Positions 25,971 through 39,003 of a stretch of DNA of 64,000 nt are shown piece after piece. Positions within the stretch are counted from its first letter, which is position 1; each line of letters starts with the position of its first letter. A program made the position numbers and the translations under genes. The notes under the pieces were generated by a model. It was not told the origin of the DNA and did no database searches. It worked only from the letters and a program-made list of their open reading frames with translations. The stretch covers positions 119,126,626 through 119,190,625 of the forward strand of contig NC_058132.1 of the NCBI RefSeq assembly GCF_016433145.1, given 5' to 3'. The DNA is from Gracilinanus agilis. Taxonomy: Eukaryota.

Positions 25971-26823
25971 CTGTCTTTTCTGAGTGTGAACTATTGTCCT
26001 TCACTTTAGTTAGTAATGAAATTAATATATTTGAACTAAAATAATATCCATTCTTAAACATTAAAAACCTTTTGACCCAGTTTGTATTAGTTGAAGTTGG
26101 ATGACGTAAGTTTGTATTGTTTTGAAGACATTTGTGAGACTTATTCCAACTGTATTCAGCAGTTTTTGAGTATGAAAAGGGGAAGTAGCTGGGAAGAGTA
26201 ATCCAGGACTGAAATGTGGCAAGAAGAAAGTGAAATAGAGGTGAGAGATTCTAGAATAGTGTAGAGTTAAAATATCTAACTATAAGATTGAGGTTGGTGA
26301 GGAAGAGGAAGTCAGAGCTGAAGAAACTGCCTGAGAAATTGAAAGGTGGAGAGATTCTCTTAAGATATTCTCTCTATTTTTTTTTTATTGTTAGCTCTGT
26401 AACTCTTTTTCACTGTCTCTCTTTCTTTTTCTCATATTCTATAGAGAACCAGAATTGTAGAATTACAAGGCACAAATATATTAAATATGTTTTATTTACT
26501 ATAATTTAATATGGTGGAGAGATGAAGTATTGATTATAGAAAGAAAGGAGCATAAGAAGAGGTTGGATAATAAGTTATGGTTAGATAGACTAAATTTCAG
26601 ACTTCATAATTAGAAAGTGGAAAATTTATGTGTAATTATGAACTCTAATATATTATTAGACCTATGTATATCCGAGCTAGAATAAAGGAGTAGGTCAGTA
26701 GGTCATGGAATTTAAGAAAGCTGAAGAGAGTTTAGAGACTATCTTGAGGATATTCAAGTTCCCTAGTGTAAGGGAAGGAGTTAATGAGGAAATATTGATG
26801 GTTAACCAAATCTTTAATTCTTT

Positions 26824-27021
26824 TTTTTTTTTAATTTTTTTTTTAAACCCTTGTACTTCGGTGTATTGTCTCATAGGTGGAAGATTGGTAAGGGTGGGCA
26901 ATGGGGGTCAAGTGACTTGCCCAGGGTCACACAGCTGGGAAGTGGCTGAGGCCGGGTTTGAACCTAGGACCTCCTGTCTCTAGGCCTGACTCTCACTCCA
27001 CTGAGCTACCCAGCTGCCCCC
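26824..27021 (-). mobile_element. Young SINE1_Mdo-type SINE
   Basis: Full length; TSD ctttaattcttt at 26812-26823 and 27023-27034. Confidence 0.92.
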
Positions 27022-27124
27022 ACTTTAATTCTTTAAGAAAGAAGGGAGAATGATTTGGGATTCAGCATGTTACAGTTATCAATATTTGGATTGGGTGGAA
27101 AATTTTGACTGAATGTTTTTCTTT

Positions 27125-27316
27125 CTTTTTAAAAAAAAAATCCTTACCTTCTGTTTTAGAATCAATACTAAGTTTCAGTTCCAAGGCAGAAGAGCAGTAA
27201 GGGCTAGGCAATTGGGATTAAATGATTTGCCCGCAGGTAGGAAGTATCCTGAGGCCAGATTTGAACCCATGACCTCCCATCTCTAGGCTTCAATCCACTC
27301 AGCCACATGGCTGCCC
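27125..27316 (-). mobile_element. Older marsupial SINE
   Basis: ccttaccttctgttttagaatcaatact...gaggccagatttgaaccc...gccacatggctgccc. Confidence 0.8.
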
Positions 27317-29795
27317 AAATTAAATGTTTTTCAATGAGTGATGGAGGTAAAGTTGGAGTCTGTAAGTGACAGCGAGGAGCAAGGAATATTATGACTCCTC
27401 CTTTAGGACCAGTGTGAGGGAATTGAGGGATGAGCTATAAGAAGAGTTTTATAGCTGGTGCTAAAGAAGATAGGCAAGAAGGCAATGTTGACAGGGGAGC
27501 TAGGTCTCAGAGAAGACTAGTAAATGGAAGGAAGGTGAAAGAAAGAGATCCAAGGAGAAATTTATTCATTCTGGAATGGGCATAGTGAACAGAATGGAGA
27601 GCATGGGACTGGGAAATGGGGGAAATAGCATTGAGGTGATAGGGATGAAAGAATGGGAGAAAGAGGCTAGAGAGAATTTAATTCTAAATAACTCTTTTCG
27701 ACGAGTACATTCATAGGTGGAGAAAAAGGAGAAGCCAATAAGGGTTATAATAGGTGGCAAATAAAGCCCACTATCCCCAGAGAGTATTGCAAAGGGGACT
27801 GCACTGTGTTGGGCTGGGCCTAGGTTGGCCTGACCTTTGACTGCAGCTTCTCCTTTACTATAGTGACCAGGAGGAAGTGGAGGGGGGGTGATGGTTCTCT
27901 TGCCCACTTCTAATCTTCATGTCCCCCCCCACCCCCCCAGCTTCCATGGCCACCCTCTCTGCTCAGTTCATTATAGTATTGATCTACCATGGTTCTGTTA
28001 GGTAGGATTGGTTCTGGGATTGGCTAGCTTGTTGTTGGTCCTGTTCATATTATAGGGTGGCTAGTGGAAAGTATAAGGAAGGGTGGAGGGGAAGGGGGTA
28101 AGTAGTTCAGTATTCCCTTCCCTAGCAGAGGGCACTGGAAAGCTGGACCTGGGCCTAGGTTTGGCCCTCACTATTTACATATTTATTATCTCTTCTATAT
28201 TCTTTACATACCTATTATCTCTTCTCCCTAAAGGGCAGAATTCTTTCCTTTTTTGTATTTGTGTGTAGTACAGTGCCTTGAACATAGTAGGTACTTAACA
28301 AATTGATTAATTGATGGAAGATATTACCTGGTAAGACAAGGTAGACATTATTTTTGCTTAACACTATAAGATACTAGATAAGATGTTTCTCCTACTCTAA
28401 AACAATACATTTTGTACTAAGCATGCATAATGTAAAACTACATTGTCATGTGAACCACAAAAGTTTATTTTTTAGTTTCTCCTGGATTTTATTTCTTAAT
28501 TGGATTCTCATAACATATTCATATTTTTTTAGTATTGTCAGCTCTGTAACTCATTTCATGGCCTTTCTTTCTTTCTCATATCCTAAAGAGAGTCAGTGTT
28601 ATGGAAGAACAAAGTACAAATATACTGAAGTATATAATATTTAATTTAGTTTTATAGTCATAGATTTCTCCTTGTTCTGGAACATGGCTATGAGGATCAA
28701 TTTACAGAATTAGAATAGCTTGTTTCTGCCTTAACATATGAATACATATTATATTCATTAAGCCACATTCCACTTTCCTATCTTCATGGTGCTCAAAGAT
28801 GTTACTCTTCCCATATTCCTTTCCAAATGTCATGCCATCATCAATCTTGGTTGCCCTGCCATAGTTGTTTTTCATTACATGGTCATTAATGCAGGCAACA
28901 GCTTATTCTTGTTACTGTTTATACTCAAATTCACATCTTTATCATTTGGCAGCAACTATCATAATTCTTCATTACTATCTCTTTTCTCCTCCATTCTTTA
29001 GTTAATTCCATTTCTGAGATAACTACGTCTCACTACTTACAGTGTAGCCACATCTCCCACAAGCCAGCTATTAGTGTAGAAATGAAAAAAGAGCTCCCTC
29101 AGCATTCCTGAAGTCACCTGAGCTGTTATCAAACTTTTGTGTCCCTATATTTGAGCTAGTTCTTGCCTAGGCATCAATTAATCCATCCTGTAGCCAGTTA
29201 AACCCCTCAACTCCAATAATTACATCCTTACATCTGTCAGGAAGGAAACGAACCTCCACCCAATTTATATACTGTCTACGTCAGCATGTAACGATAGGAA
29301 ATGAGTGGGGTTCTGTGAATCGTAGTTTTGCTAGGGATCATAGTTTTTAGGGTAACAGATTTTAATTATACAATCTTACCTTTAACACTTGGTAAATTTT
29401 TGGATCATTTTTTCACATTCTTTAAGGTAGAAACCCATCTTTAATATGTACCCTGCCACACAATAAACTCTCTGCCTGAATCATTTTGTAATCCAAATCC
29501 TTCCTTTTTCTTCTTTGTCAAACCACCAACTTGAGTATGGGACATTTTATTTGCATAATTTTGCCATTGGTTTAATCTAGAGCTCTGTGGGCTAGATATT
29601 GACAAAGACTGTTACTGGTGCCTAACTTGTATGTTATGATTAAAATTGGAAATAGCAAGTTTTATTATTGTGAGAAAGAATAGTTTGGAGGTAAGTCATC
29701 TAACCATCTCTCTGGTGTGTTCTATTATTATGTTAAATACTTCATTACATAGAATAAGGAATGTATTAACATTTATGGCTATTTTGTCATTACAG

Positions 29796-29944
29796 AAACA
29801 GCAGTGAGTACATCATCTATTAATGGTTCACCTAGAACACCAAGGCGAGGTCAAAATAGGAGTGCACGGATAGCAAGACAACCAGAGACTGACACAAGAG
29901 TCATTGAAGTTCTTTGTAAAGAGCATGAATGTAATATAGATGAG
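29796..29944 (+). CDS. RB1: RB1 exon 8 (149 nt), [50 protein letters not shown]
   Basis: ttacag|AAACAG...GATGAG|gtaatt. SPRTP CDK sites (human S249/T252) retained; 6 nt longer than human exon 8 (143 nt). Confidence 0.98.
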
Positions 29945-30099
29945 GTAATTTTTAGATATTTTTCTTTGAAAGTGAAATTGAATCTACATGCAAATTTTGG
30001 CTTACCATTGTTTCTTGTATTATGCCTGTGGTACATAAAATTATATTAAACCTTTTTAAAGAATAAATTTTTATTGGCATCTTTGGTTTTTAAATTCAA

Positions 30100-30440
30100 T
30101 CCAATAAACATTTATTAAGTGTTTACTATGTGCCAGGCACTGTGCTAAACAGTGGCAATACAATTAAGAAAAAGAAAGATAGTCCCTTCCCTAAAGGCAC
30201 TTACCATCTAATGGAGGAGACAACACCCAAAAAGGAGACAAGAAAGCAGGGTGAATGTGTGGAGGAATGGTATACCAGTAGATGGATACCTGCTGCTGGG
30301 TCATCTTGTTCTGTGGAGTTGAGGCCAGGCAAAGCAGCAGATGCAAAGTGGAGTGAGTTGAGAGTCCAGTTCTGTTTTCTGTGAAAGAAAGGAAAAGATA
30401 TAAGGAGAAAAGACATTAAGAAAGCCACATCAAACATAAT
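30100..30440 (-). mobile_element. L2 3' region
   Basis: aataaacatttattaagtgtttactatgtgccaggcactgtgctaaac. Confidence 0.75.
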
Positions 30441-32084
30441 TTTTTAAGAACCTTGTGTTAAGTGTGATGTTCCACCCCTGTTTCCCACCTCAGCAAAGAA
30501 GAGGAGAAGGGAATTGTCTTCTTTTACTTCCTCTTGGAGGTCAAATTTAGTTATAATTTTGTAACATTCAATTTTGGTTGATTTGTTGTTCTTTTCAGTT
30601 AAAGTGTTATGGTCATTGTGTTTTGTGTCTTCTATGCCTTGTCAATGGGCATATACTTTGTTTCTTTTCTGATAACAGAAAATATTCCTACAAATATTTT
30701 TCTCTATGTAGAACCTTCCTTTTTTTTGTCATTGACTTCTATATGCCAAGAAGTGGAATCACTGAATAGCCTTCCTGAACATCCTTACTTTTTACCTCTC
30801 CCCTCCCTGCCAGCCTCCATAGGAAGTTAGAGACACACAAACTGAATCACAGGTTAATCCTGACAACCACACAAAAGTTTCATTTCTACCACTGAAACTC
30901 TTTTTTACACTCCATACCCCTTCTTATCCTCCAACCTGTTGTAGCAGCCATTGATGCAGAGGGGTTTGAGAAGAATAGAGGATTAATTTATCCATAAATA
31001 CTTATTAATGTTTACTACCATGTACTAGATACAAAACAAAACAAAAAAATGAGTTGCAGCCTAATAGGGAAGACAGTATACAAAAGGAAGCTGAAAATTG
31101 AGGTCATTTGGGGAAAAGGAGGGGTAATAATGAAGTCCAGAGAAGTCCAAAAGAGCACAAATCCAGAGGAAATGAAGAGATGACTAACCTGGGCCCCTTC
31201 CTTAAAAGGAAGTTTTAGAGTTCCTGGCCCTGCCCTCCAGTCAAAGGGGCAGAGTAGTGATGAGGTATGAATACCAAGATTGATTGGTAATTGCAATTTA
31301 GAGATATCCCAAAGATGAGCATCCTTAGCTTTTAGATTAATAAGGTTTGAGGGGAATAGATTAATTTAAATATGCTTTGCTTAGGCTATTATATTTATCT
31401 ATTTTCTGAGCAGACATCAAATGTCCAGTGAAGAAAATGGCTCAGAAGTTTTTTGAGATGGTTGGGGGAAAACTAGTGTAAAAATTAAATTTTTCCAAAC
31501 ATAATTCATACATAAGTTTGGTTGTTGAGAATCAACAATAATTGAGTGTCATAGTATGAATGAATGACTAAAGCATTTATTAAGTGCCTACTATTTACAA
31601 AGTGCTAAAAGTCAGATAATCTTTGTTTTCTGGGAGCTCATGTTCCAGTGAGGGAGATAATACACAGGGTAAGTTTCAACTGCAAATCAGATGAAAAGGT
31701 CCCATGGTCCTTAGGATATAACAGTAAAGAAGATAGTAATGCCTCTGTTTTATTGTCATTTTTACTTTTCAAATCTTATCATATTCTAATGCTGAACTCT
31801 TTGACAATGCCAATTATTTTGGTGATAAGAATTTCCTTTTCTGGATTTTTAAAAGTAGCTATGGCTATAGCACCTTCAGAACAGAACAGCCAGGCTACAT
31901 CTCCATAGGGGTTGTTTCCTAGTAATAGCTGAAATGTGTATTTATTAACTAAATATGTTGATAGTTATCCTTTGATTCTAGTATTTCAGATATTAATATA
32001 AATGATAAAATTGAAGCAAATGAGAAGTGAGTAATTACATTTAAAAAAATCTTCATGATAATGTTTTAACTTAATTTCTTTCAG

Positions 32085-32162
32085 GTAAAAAATGTTTATT
32101 TAAAAAACTTTCTACCCTTCTTGAAGTCTCTTGGTATTGCAGCTTCTAATGGACTACCAGAG
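32085..32162 (+). CDS. RB1: RB1 exon 9 (78 nt), [26 protein letters not shown]
   Basis: tttcag|GTAAAA...CCAGAG|gtaaac. 78 nt; VKNVY and SNGLPE motifs. Confidence 0.97.
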
Positions 32163-34199
32163 GTAAACTAAAAGATTTTTTTTCCCAAAATGTGAATATA
32201 CCCTTGTGATTTATTATAGTTTTCTAAAATTCTTTAATATACTTGGCAGTATGTTATAACTTATAGCCAAGTAAGGGAGTTTTATCTGGAGGAATGATTA
32301 ATACACATTGTGGAAAAAAAAAACCCTTTTAACTATATAACATAAATAAGAATTATGTTATGTTTGTAAATTTCCTTAGTATGGGGGAAAACTAATCTAA
32401 AAAGTAGGAGAACCCTTTGGGATGGGTGTTTTGGATGGACTTTGGGATTGAGATAAATCTCGGGCAGAGTTTTGTAGCATGAGCAGGAAAATGTGATTTA
32501 ATGACATTAGTTCTGGGAAGTAGCTTTAGGAGGTGGAAGCAGATATGTAACCTAGAAAAGCTGTAGAAAGAAGTATTGTTTGATGAACCCTTAGCCCAAT
32601 AATGATTTTGAATAAAGTGATAGGGGAAAGAGTGGTGAAGTAGAGGGTGATAGGGCCTGGGTGGAGATATGGGGTCCAGGGAGTCCTTTGGGGCAATATT
32701 ATTACTTCTTACTTTAGAATAACTTTCCATTAAATTTTTTGAGGGAGAAAGAGGGTTCTGATAAATTACCTTATGACTTTAAACTTAAATATTTTGGTTA
32801 CTAAGGCATTATTGTAATTTGGAGCTATATTGAGAATCACATCTAAAATCATTCTCATTTTGTGGAATGATATTTTTGACTTTATAATTTTGATAATGAA
32901 ATATGGATTATGTAACACAAAGCAAATTAGGAAGTTATTCTAAATTCTAGGTCAATTGAGGACTGCTAATCAAATATAGTCTTTAAATACAATTTATATG
33001 TTGAAAACAATGTACTGGTTGTTTTGAAGAAATTTTAGTAGGTAAATATTAAATTAAACTTTTAATTTATGAGTAGAAACAGCGGGGAAAGGTGAAGTGA
33101 ATTACTTGAGATTATGGCAGAGTCATGGGAAAAAGGAAGAATTAAACTTGTTAGATTGTGATTGATGTGTCTGGGTAATTTTTCCATGTTTGGTTTTAAA
33201 TTTGTGATTAATAATTACTATACACAAACTGCTCTACAGATGCGGCAGAGCTTCAGTACAAGTAGTAGCATATCCTCTAGGGAGGCAGGGAAAAGGAGAG
33301 GAAGTGAGGGAAGGAAGCACAAGTGCCATCCCATCTGAGGTATTGCAATAGTAATAATAGCTCTTTGAAGAAACAGATGGCCAGATGTGCTATATATGTT
33401 TGATGTATATTTTAAATACTAACATTAATATGGTGATCTAAAAATAATTTGCAGAATGCTACATCATGAAATTTTTGATCTCTTGAATTTCTGAAGCTGA
33501 TTACATGGAATTTTGCTTATCCCTCCAAATGCCAAGACCTGGAAATATTTCTGAATGTCTGCTTAGCACACTTAAAATAACCCTGTAATTCTCACTTTGG
33601 TGACCTTTTTCTTAAGCTTAATGTTTTTTTAAAATGTGATTTGAAAGTTTGGTTTAATAAAACTGTTCTTTTTTTTCATTTATGTAATTATACATCATGC
33701 AGAAAGTAGCATGGATAATGCCATTACTGCAGATGGTAATAAACCTGTAGTTAACTTTATAAACAGAAATGATAGCTTAAATTTTGAAATAAAAATTATT
33801 CTAAGGAGACATTTCTGCCACATTTGTAAATGTTAAGTTTTCATCTTAAATTGATATGCTATGGCACTTTCCCCTTGAAATTGTTTCTTATTTTATTTTT
33901 AAATTGCCATAGAATTGAAGAGCAGTACTGGGAAATTACATGAATTGGGAAGAGACAGAAAGGTTATTTCTTTTTCCTTTCAAAAAAGTATTAGAAACAT
34001 GTCTAGTTTTTAGCGCAGAGTCAGGCACTTAGTAGTGCTATATAAATGCTTATTTACTACCCCTACCTCCACCCCCCCCCCTTAACCAAAATCACTTAAC
34101 TACTTTGAGCTACAGTTTCCTCATCTGCAACATGAAGGAAGATTGGAATCAAAGAGCTGGAAAGATAAAATGAACTTTGATTCTATGATCCTGATCTCA

Positions 34200-35400
34200 G
34201 CTGGGCCTTCAAGGTAGTTAGACAAACATCATATTCCTCCCTAATGGATTTGCTCTACTACTCTCTATGGCAACTGTTCTAAACTTTCCTAGCCCTCTTC
34301 AAACTTTCCATAGTACAAACTCTCACCTCTCAGCTGAAGATCTTGCCTCATATGAGGCCCCCATATATGGGGGGAGATCTGAAAGAACATATGCACTCTT
34401 GAATCTCCCCCTACAGACTTTTCCAGAAAATTGAATCCATTTATTTTCACTCTCTTACTTTGAATTTCTCCCAAACTGCCTCCTTCTCAGCTTCCTACAA
34501 TCATGTCCATGTCTCCCCGATTCTTAAAAATCCCTCATTTAATCTTAACCTCCCCACTATATGTCACCTAAACTCTTCAAGAAAATTATCTATACAAGGT
34601 GAGTCTAATTTCACTTTCTTCTTAACCTTAGTAACGTGACTTCTGACCCAATCATTCAGATGAAACTGCCCTCTCTAAAGTTGTTAGTGATCTCTTAATT
34701 GCCAAATCTAATGGTGTTTTTGCAGTCCTGATCCTTCTTTACCTGTCTGTAGCACTTAATAGTGTTGGTTACCTTCTCCTAGACACTCTTTTCTCTCTAG
34801 GTTTTCATGATACTGCTTTCTTCTGGTTTTCCTTGATCTGTCCCTATCCTTCTCAGTCTCTGTTAATTCTTCATCCATGTCATTCTTAGTAATTATGGAT
34901 TTCTCCTAAGGCTGCCCTGGATACTCTTCTCTTTTTGCATTATAGTACTGACTTCATGAGCTCATGATATTCCATGGGTTCAATTGTCATCCAGTACATG
35001 TGATTCTCAAGTACCCTAGTCTCTCTACTGAGTGAGCTACAGTCACACACCTCCATCTGCTTCTTGGATATTTTGAGCTGGATATCTCATAAATATCTTC
35101 AAACAGAACTCATTATCTTTTCTTCCTCAAAAATTTTCCCTCCTGAACTTCTCTATTACTACTCAGAATCACTACCATTCTCATAGTCACCCAAACCCCT
35201 AATCTTGAAGTCATCTTCTACTCCTTACTCTAACTGACTGTATATATCCAATCAATTGCTAAACTGTGTCCCTTCACAGCATCTTACATATCTATTTCCA
35301 TCTCTATATAAACAATACTAGAACCCTAATTCAGGCCTTTATCACTTTTCTCCTACTGTAATAGTCTTCTAACTTGTCTCCATGACTCGTCTCTCCTCAC
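34200..35400 (+). mobile_element. L2 ORF2 body
   Basis: Pyrimidine-rich L2 sequence (tgaaactgccctctctaaagttgttagtgatctcttaattgccaaatctaatgg; tccatgggttcaattgtcatc). Confidence 0.75.
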
Positions 35401-35979
35401 TCCATTCTACTCAACAACCATCTCTCTCTCTCTTTCTCTGTCTCTCTCTCTTCCTCCCTTCCTCCCTCCCTCTCTCTCCCTCTCTCCTTCTAGTGAGGGG
35501 AGAAAGAAGAAAGGAGGGAGATGGAGACAGTATGGATCATATGACCTTGGAAAACTTACATGAAAATTTGTTATTAAAATAAAATATTTAATAAAAAAAA
35601 CAAAAAAGTTTATCATATTTATAAAAGTTAGGTTATTGAATTAATAGGGTCTTGTTTACCAGATTTGGGCTTTTTTTTTTTTTGAGAAAAAACAAAATGC
35701 AAAACCTACTGCAATGTACATTATTGATTACCTTCAAGTTAATTAACTAACATGTCAGCATAGACTAGCTTAAAAAACTTGGTTATATATTTTAAATATA
35801 ATTTTTTGCGAGTCATCTTTAGATCAACCATATTTATACTGCATGTATTTCTAATGTATAATATTAAATTAGGTGTACATTTAATTTTTGTTAAAATTCT
35901 TAAATCATCTGTGCTTCCATGTATTGATAGATGTAATTCACCTAATATACTGTTAATTTTCTTCTTTTTTTTTTTTGAG

Positions 35980-36089
35980 GTTGAAAATCTCTCTAGACAA
36001 TATGAAGAAATTTACCTTAAGAACAAAGATATGGATGCAAGACTATTTCTGGATCATGATAAAACTCTTCAAGCTGATTCTATTTATAG
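35980..36089 (+). CDS. RB1: RB1 exon 10 (110 nt), [36 protein letters not shown]
   Basis: tttgag|GTTGAA...TTATAG|gtaata. [23 protein letters not shown] motif; length 110. Confidence 0.97.
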
Positions 36090-37393
36090 GTAATATATAA
36101 CATATAATTGTAATTCTGTTTATGAAAGGCAAATTTTAATTCAATTTGTTGATATTTTTTAGATACCTTAAAAGGATGAAATTAGTAACCCCAAAAGATG
36201 ACAATATGCTATTTTTATTGTCATATGTTTTAGTAAGCAATTTAGATAGAAATATTATTTATAATAACGCCCAAAAAAACCCACCCATTAACAGATGTTC
36301 CAAAGGAAAGCTGTTGTTATATCTGTTTTTTACAATTGAAGTCCTTCTTTCCACCATTCCTCTCCTTTCCATTTATAGGATTATATTAGGCCTGAGGAGA
36401 GATGGCTTCTATTTACATAAACCAAACATATCAACAACTTTCCTTTCATATGTTTTTTGAATGTTTAAGGTTTTCATTTTGTTTTTAAAGATACTAATAA
36501 AAACATTCTTCTTTCTTTTTCCTTCTGTGGTCACTTTTTAAACTTAAAAGCCTCATCAAAGAAAATCAAGTTTTTAAAAATAACTGGATGCTTAATAGGG
36601 AATTCTTGAAAATATTTTGAATATTTTGTATATAATATCTTGAATATTTTGATTTTATAATTATATTACCCTTTAGCATCTCTGTTCATTTTCATATGAA
36701 ATTCTATCTCTAATGAGCCTGTGAAATGATATAGTTTTATGCAGGGTGCTCCAAAAATCTAGTACAATTAAATTCTGAATATCACTCAAGTTAAAACATA
36801 ATTATTTCCTTGCAACTTCTCCTAGCCTTAAGTAAGAATGACATCATGATGGAAGATAAGCTTTTATATCTTTTGAACTTCAGTTTGTTTTAAGAGTACT
36901 ATTAGAAAATAAATCCGACACTTAAATTTTTAGATTATTGTTATATCTACATTTCATGTGCCTTGTGAAATATTTTCTTGAAGTGTATTTCATTATATAA
37001 ATAAAACTACTAAAAATCAGAGATCATAATCCTATTTTAGGCAGGCTTTTTAAAATGTTTTCTTGATTTTTAAAAAAATATCAATCACTTCTCATTATAG
37101 CTTCTTCTTCATCCTCTACTTAAACACATCTAGTAGAATCCTTGCAACCAAGAGAAAGTTAATCAAAGCAAACTAATGTAGCATGTGTCTGATGTTAAAT
37201 TCAGGCAGATTATTCATGGGGTCACATACTATCACTTGTTTTGAAGTCTTTGTATAATTAAACAACAAATAAGAGTTGATTGAGAAAAAGTTGTGTTCTC
37301 TTGAGCTGTATAGAAGAACTTGTAAGTTTCAGCACTTCAGTTCTTTTCAGGGCCAAAGACTGTGTTAAATAGTGACATTTTATCCTTTTGTAG

Positions 37394-37471
37394 TTTTGAA
37401 ATGGAGAGGACACCAAGGAAAAGTCATCCTGATGAAGAGATGCCTTTAATTCCTCCACAGACTCCTGTTAG
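37394..37471 (+). CDS. RB1: RB1 exon 11 (78 nt), FEMERTPRKSHPDEEMPLIPPQTPVR
   Basis: ttgtag|TTTTGA...CTGTTAG|gtacaa. CDK sites TPRK (T356) and TPVR (T373) retained. Confidence 0.97.
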
Positions 37472-38228
37472 GTACAAGTCTTCTCTTTTTAAAATTGTTT
37501 ACTAGTATTCTTTATAATAGTGTTTAATGTTTTATTGGTGCTTAAATGCTTGTGATACAATGGGAAATGATGTGAGAATCCAAAGAACTGGTTTCTACGT
37601 TAGGCCTTGCCAATAGACTTTGCTGTATATCCTAGGACAGGTCACTTAACTTTTCCAGTACTATTCTCACTTTTGTAAAACAAGATATTGATGTTTTCTA
37701 ATGTACCTTCCAGTTAAACATTTTCTCATCCTTTATAAATATTCATTCTTTTATTCAACTATTCTCCTATCCATATTTTCAAACTAGTTTTAATATACAT
37801 TTCTAAAGTGTTTTAGAGTTTTTAAAGTGCTTGCCATATACATTATCTCAAAAGTATTCAAAGTAAAATCAAAGCTACAAGGCATTTGAGGGGATCAACT
37901 CTAAGTGATGAAAGCTGAAATTATCTAGGATATTAACATTTGTTTATTTCCTTATGTATTCATTTTGAAAGTCTCTAGGAAGGGGGATTCTGCCACTAAA
38001 CTACTTTATCTAATAGAGTAGCTTCTAATCTTTATTGAAATTTGTTCATGTTTAAATGGTGCCATTTTCCCCCAAAACCAAATGCCTTTATTTTTAAAAT
38101 TTTAAGTTAAAAATTTTTGTGATATAATTTTATTAATAAACTAATTATGCATTCAGAAATATACTAATGTATATATCTTTGAGATAAGGATGTCCAAATT
38201 AATTATCTTTTAAACAGTGGCTATTCAA

Positions 38229-38426
38229 GGGGGCAGCTGGGTAGCTCAGTGGATTGAGAGCCAGGCCTAGAGATGGGAGGTCCTAGGTTCAAATCGGGCC
38301 TCAGACACTTCCCAGCTGTGTGACCCTGGGCAAGTCACTTGACCCCCATTGCCTACCCTTACCACTCTTCCACCTATAAGTCAATACACAGAAGTTAAGG
38401 GTTTAAAATTAAAAAAAACAAAAAAA
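38229..38426 (+). mobile_element. Young SINE1_Mdo-type SINE in intron 11
   Basis: TSD aaacagtgg(c/t)tattca at 38212-38227 and 38427-38442. Confidence 0.92.
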
Positions 38427-38579
38427 AAACAGTGGTTATTCATGCAGTTCATTGTAGAGTGTGTGTTTTAGGAAGCTGATAGAAGAAAAATGGAGAAAAT
38501 GAGTTTGTAGTTTAGTTTAGTTTGTCAGGTTTAGTTTATCAGATAAATAACTTTTCTTTTCCTTTTACTATTTCTTTAG

Positions 38580-38741
<162 letters not shown>

Positions 38742-39003
38742 TAGAATGATGGACAGTGCATTCACTATTTTGATGGCAGGGTATGAAGCAAAATTTATTT
38801 AAAATATTTTATGAAGAAATCTGAATCTGGAAGTTAGACCATTATATATTGGGGATTTTTCAAGATTTGTTTGTCACTGCTTTTAAATTACTATGTAACA
38901 TTATTCAAGTCATAGTTAATAATTCCCTAATTTTAAATTAAAGAATATTCCCTAGATAATTAATAATTATTCATTATTCCCTGACTATTAAGAACATTCT
39001 GAC

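Noticed and set aside
28700-29330. Non-repetitive-looking stretch with partial minus-strand open frames; likewise ORF 32392..32730
   Set aside because: No recognisable homology, several stops, no splice support; probably decayed ancient repeat.
29796-29810. Donor-like GTGAGT 8 nt inside exon 8
   Set aside because: It would define an implausible 8-nt exon, and the sequence is explained by Val-Ser codons.
32081-32090. CAG|GTAAAA at the start of exon 9 as a recursive splice site
   Set aside because: Weak donor, short intron, and dictated by the Val-Lys codons.
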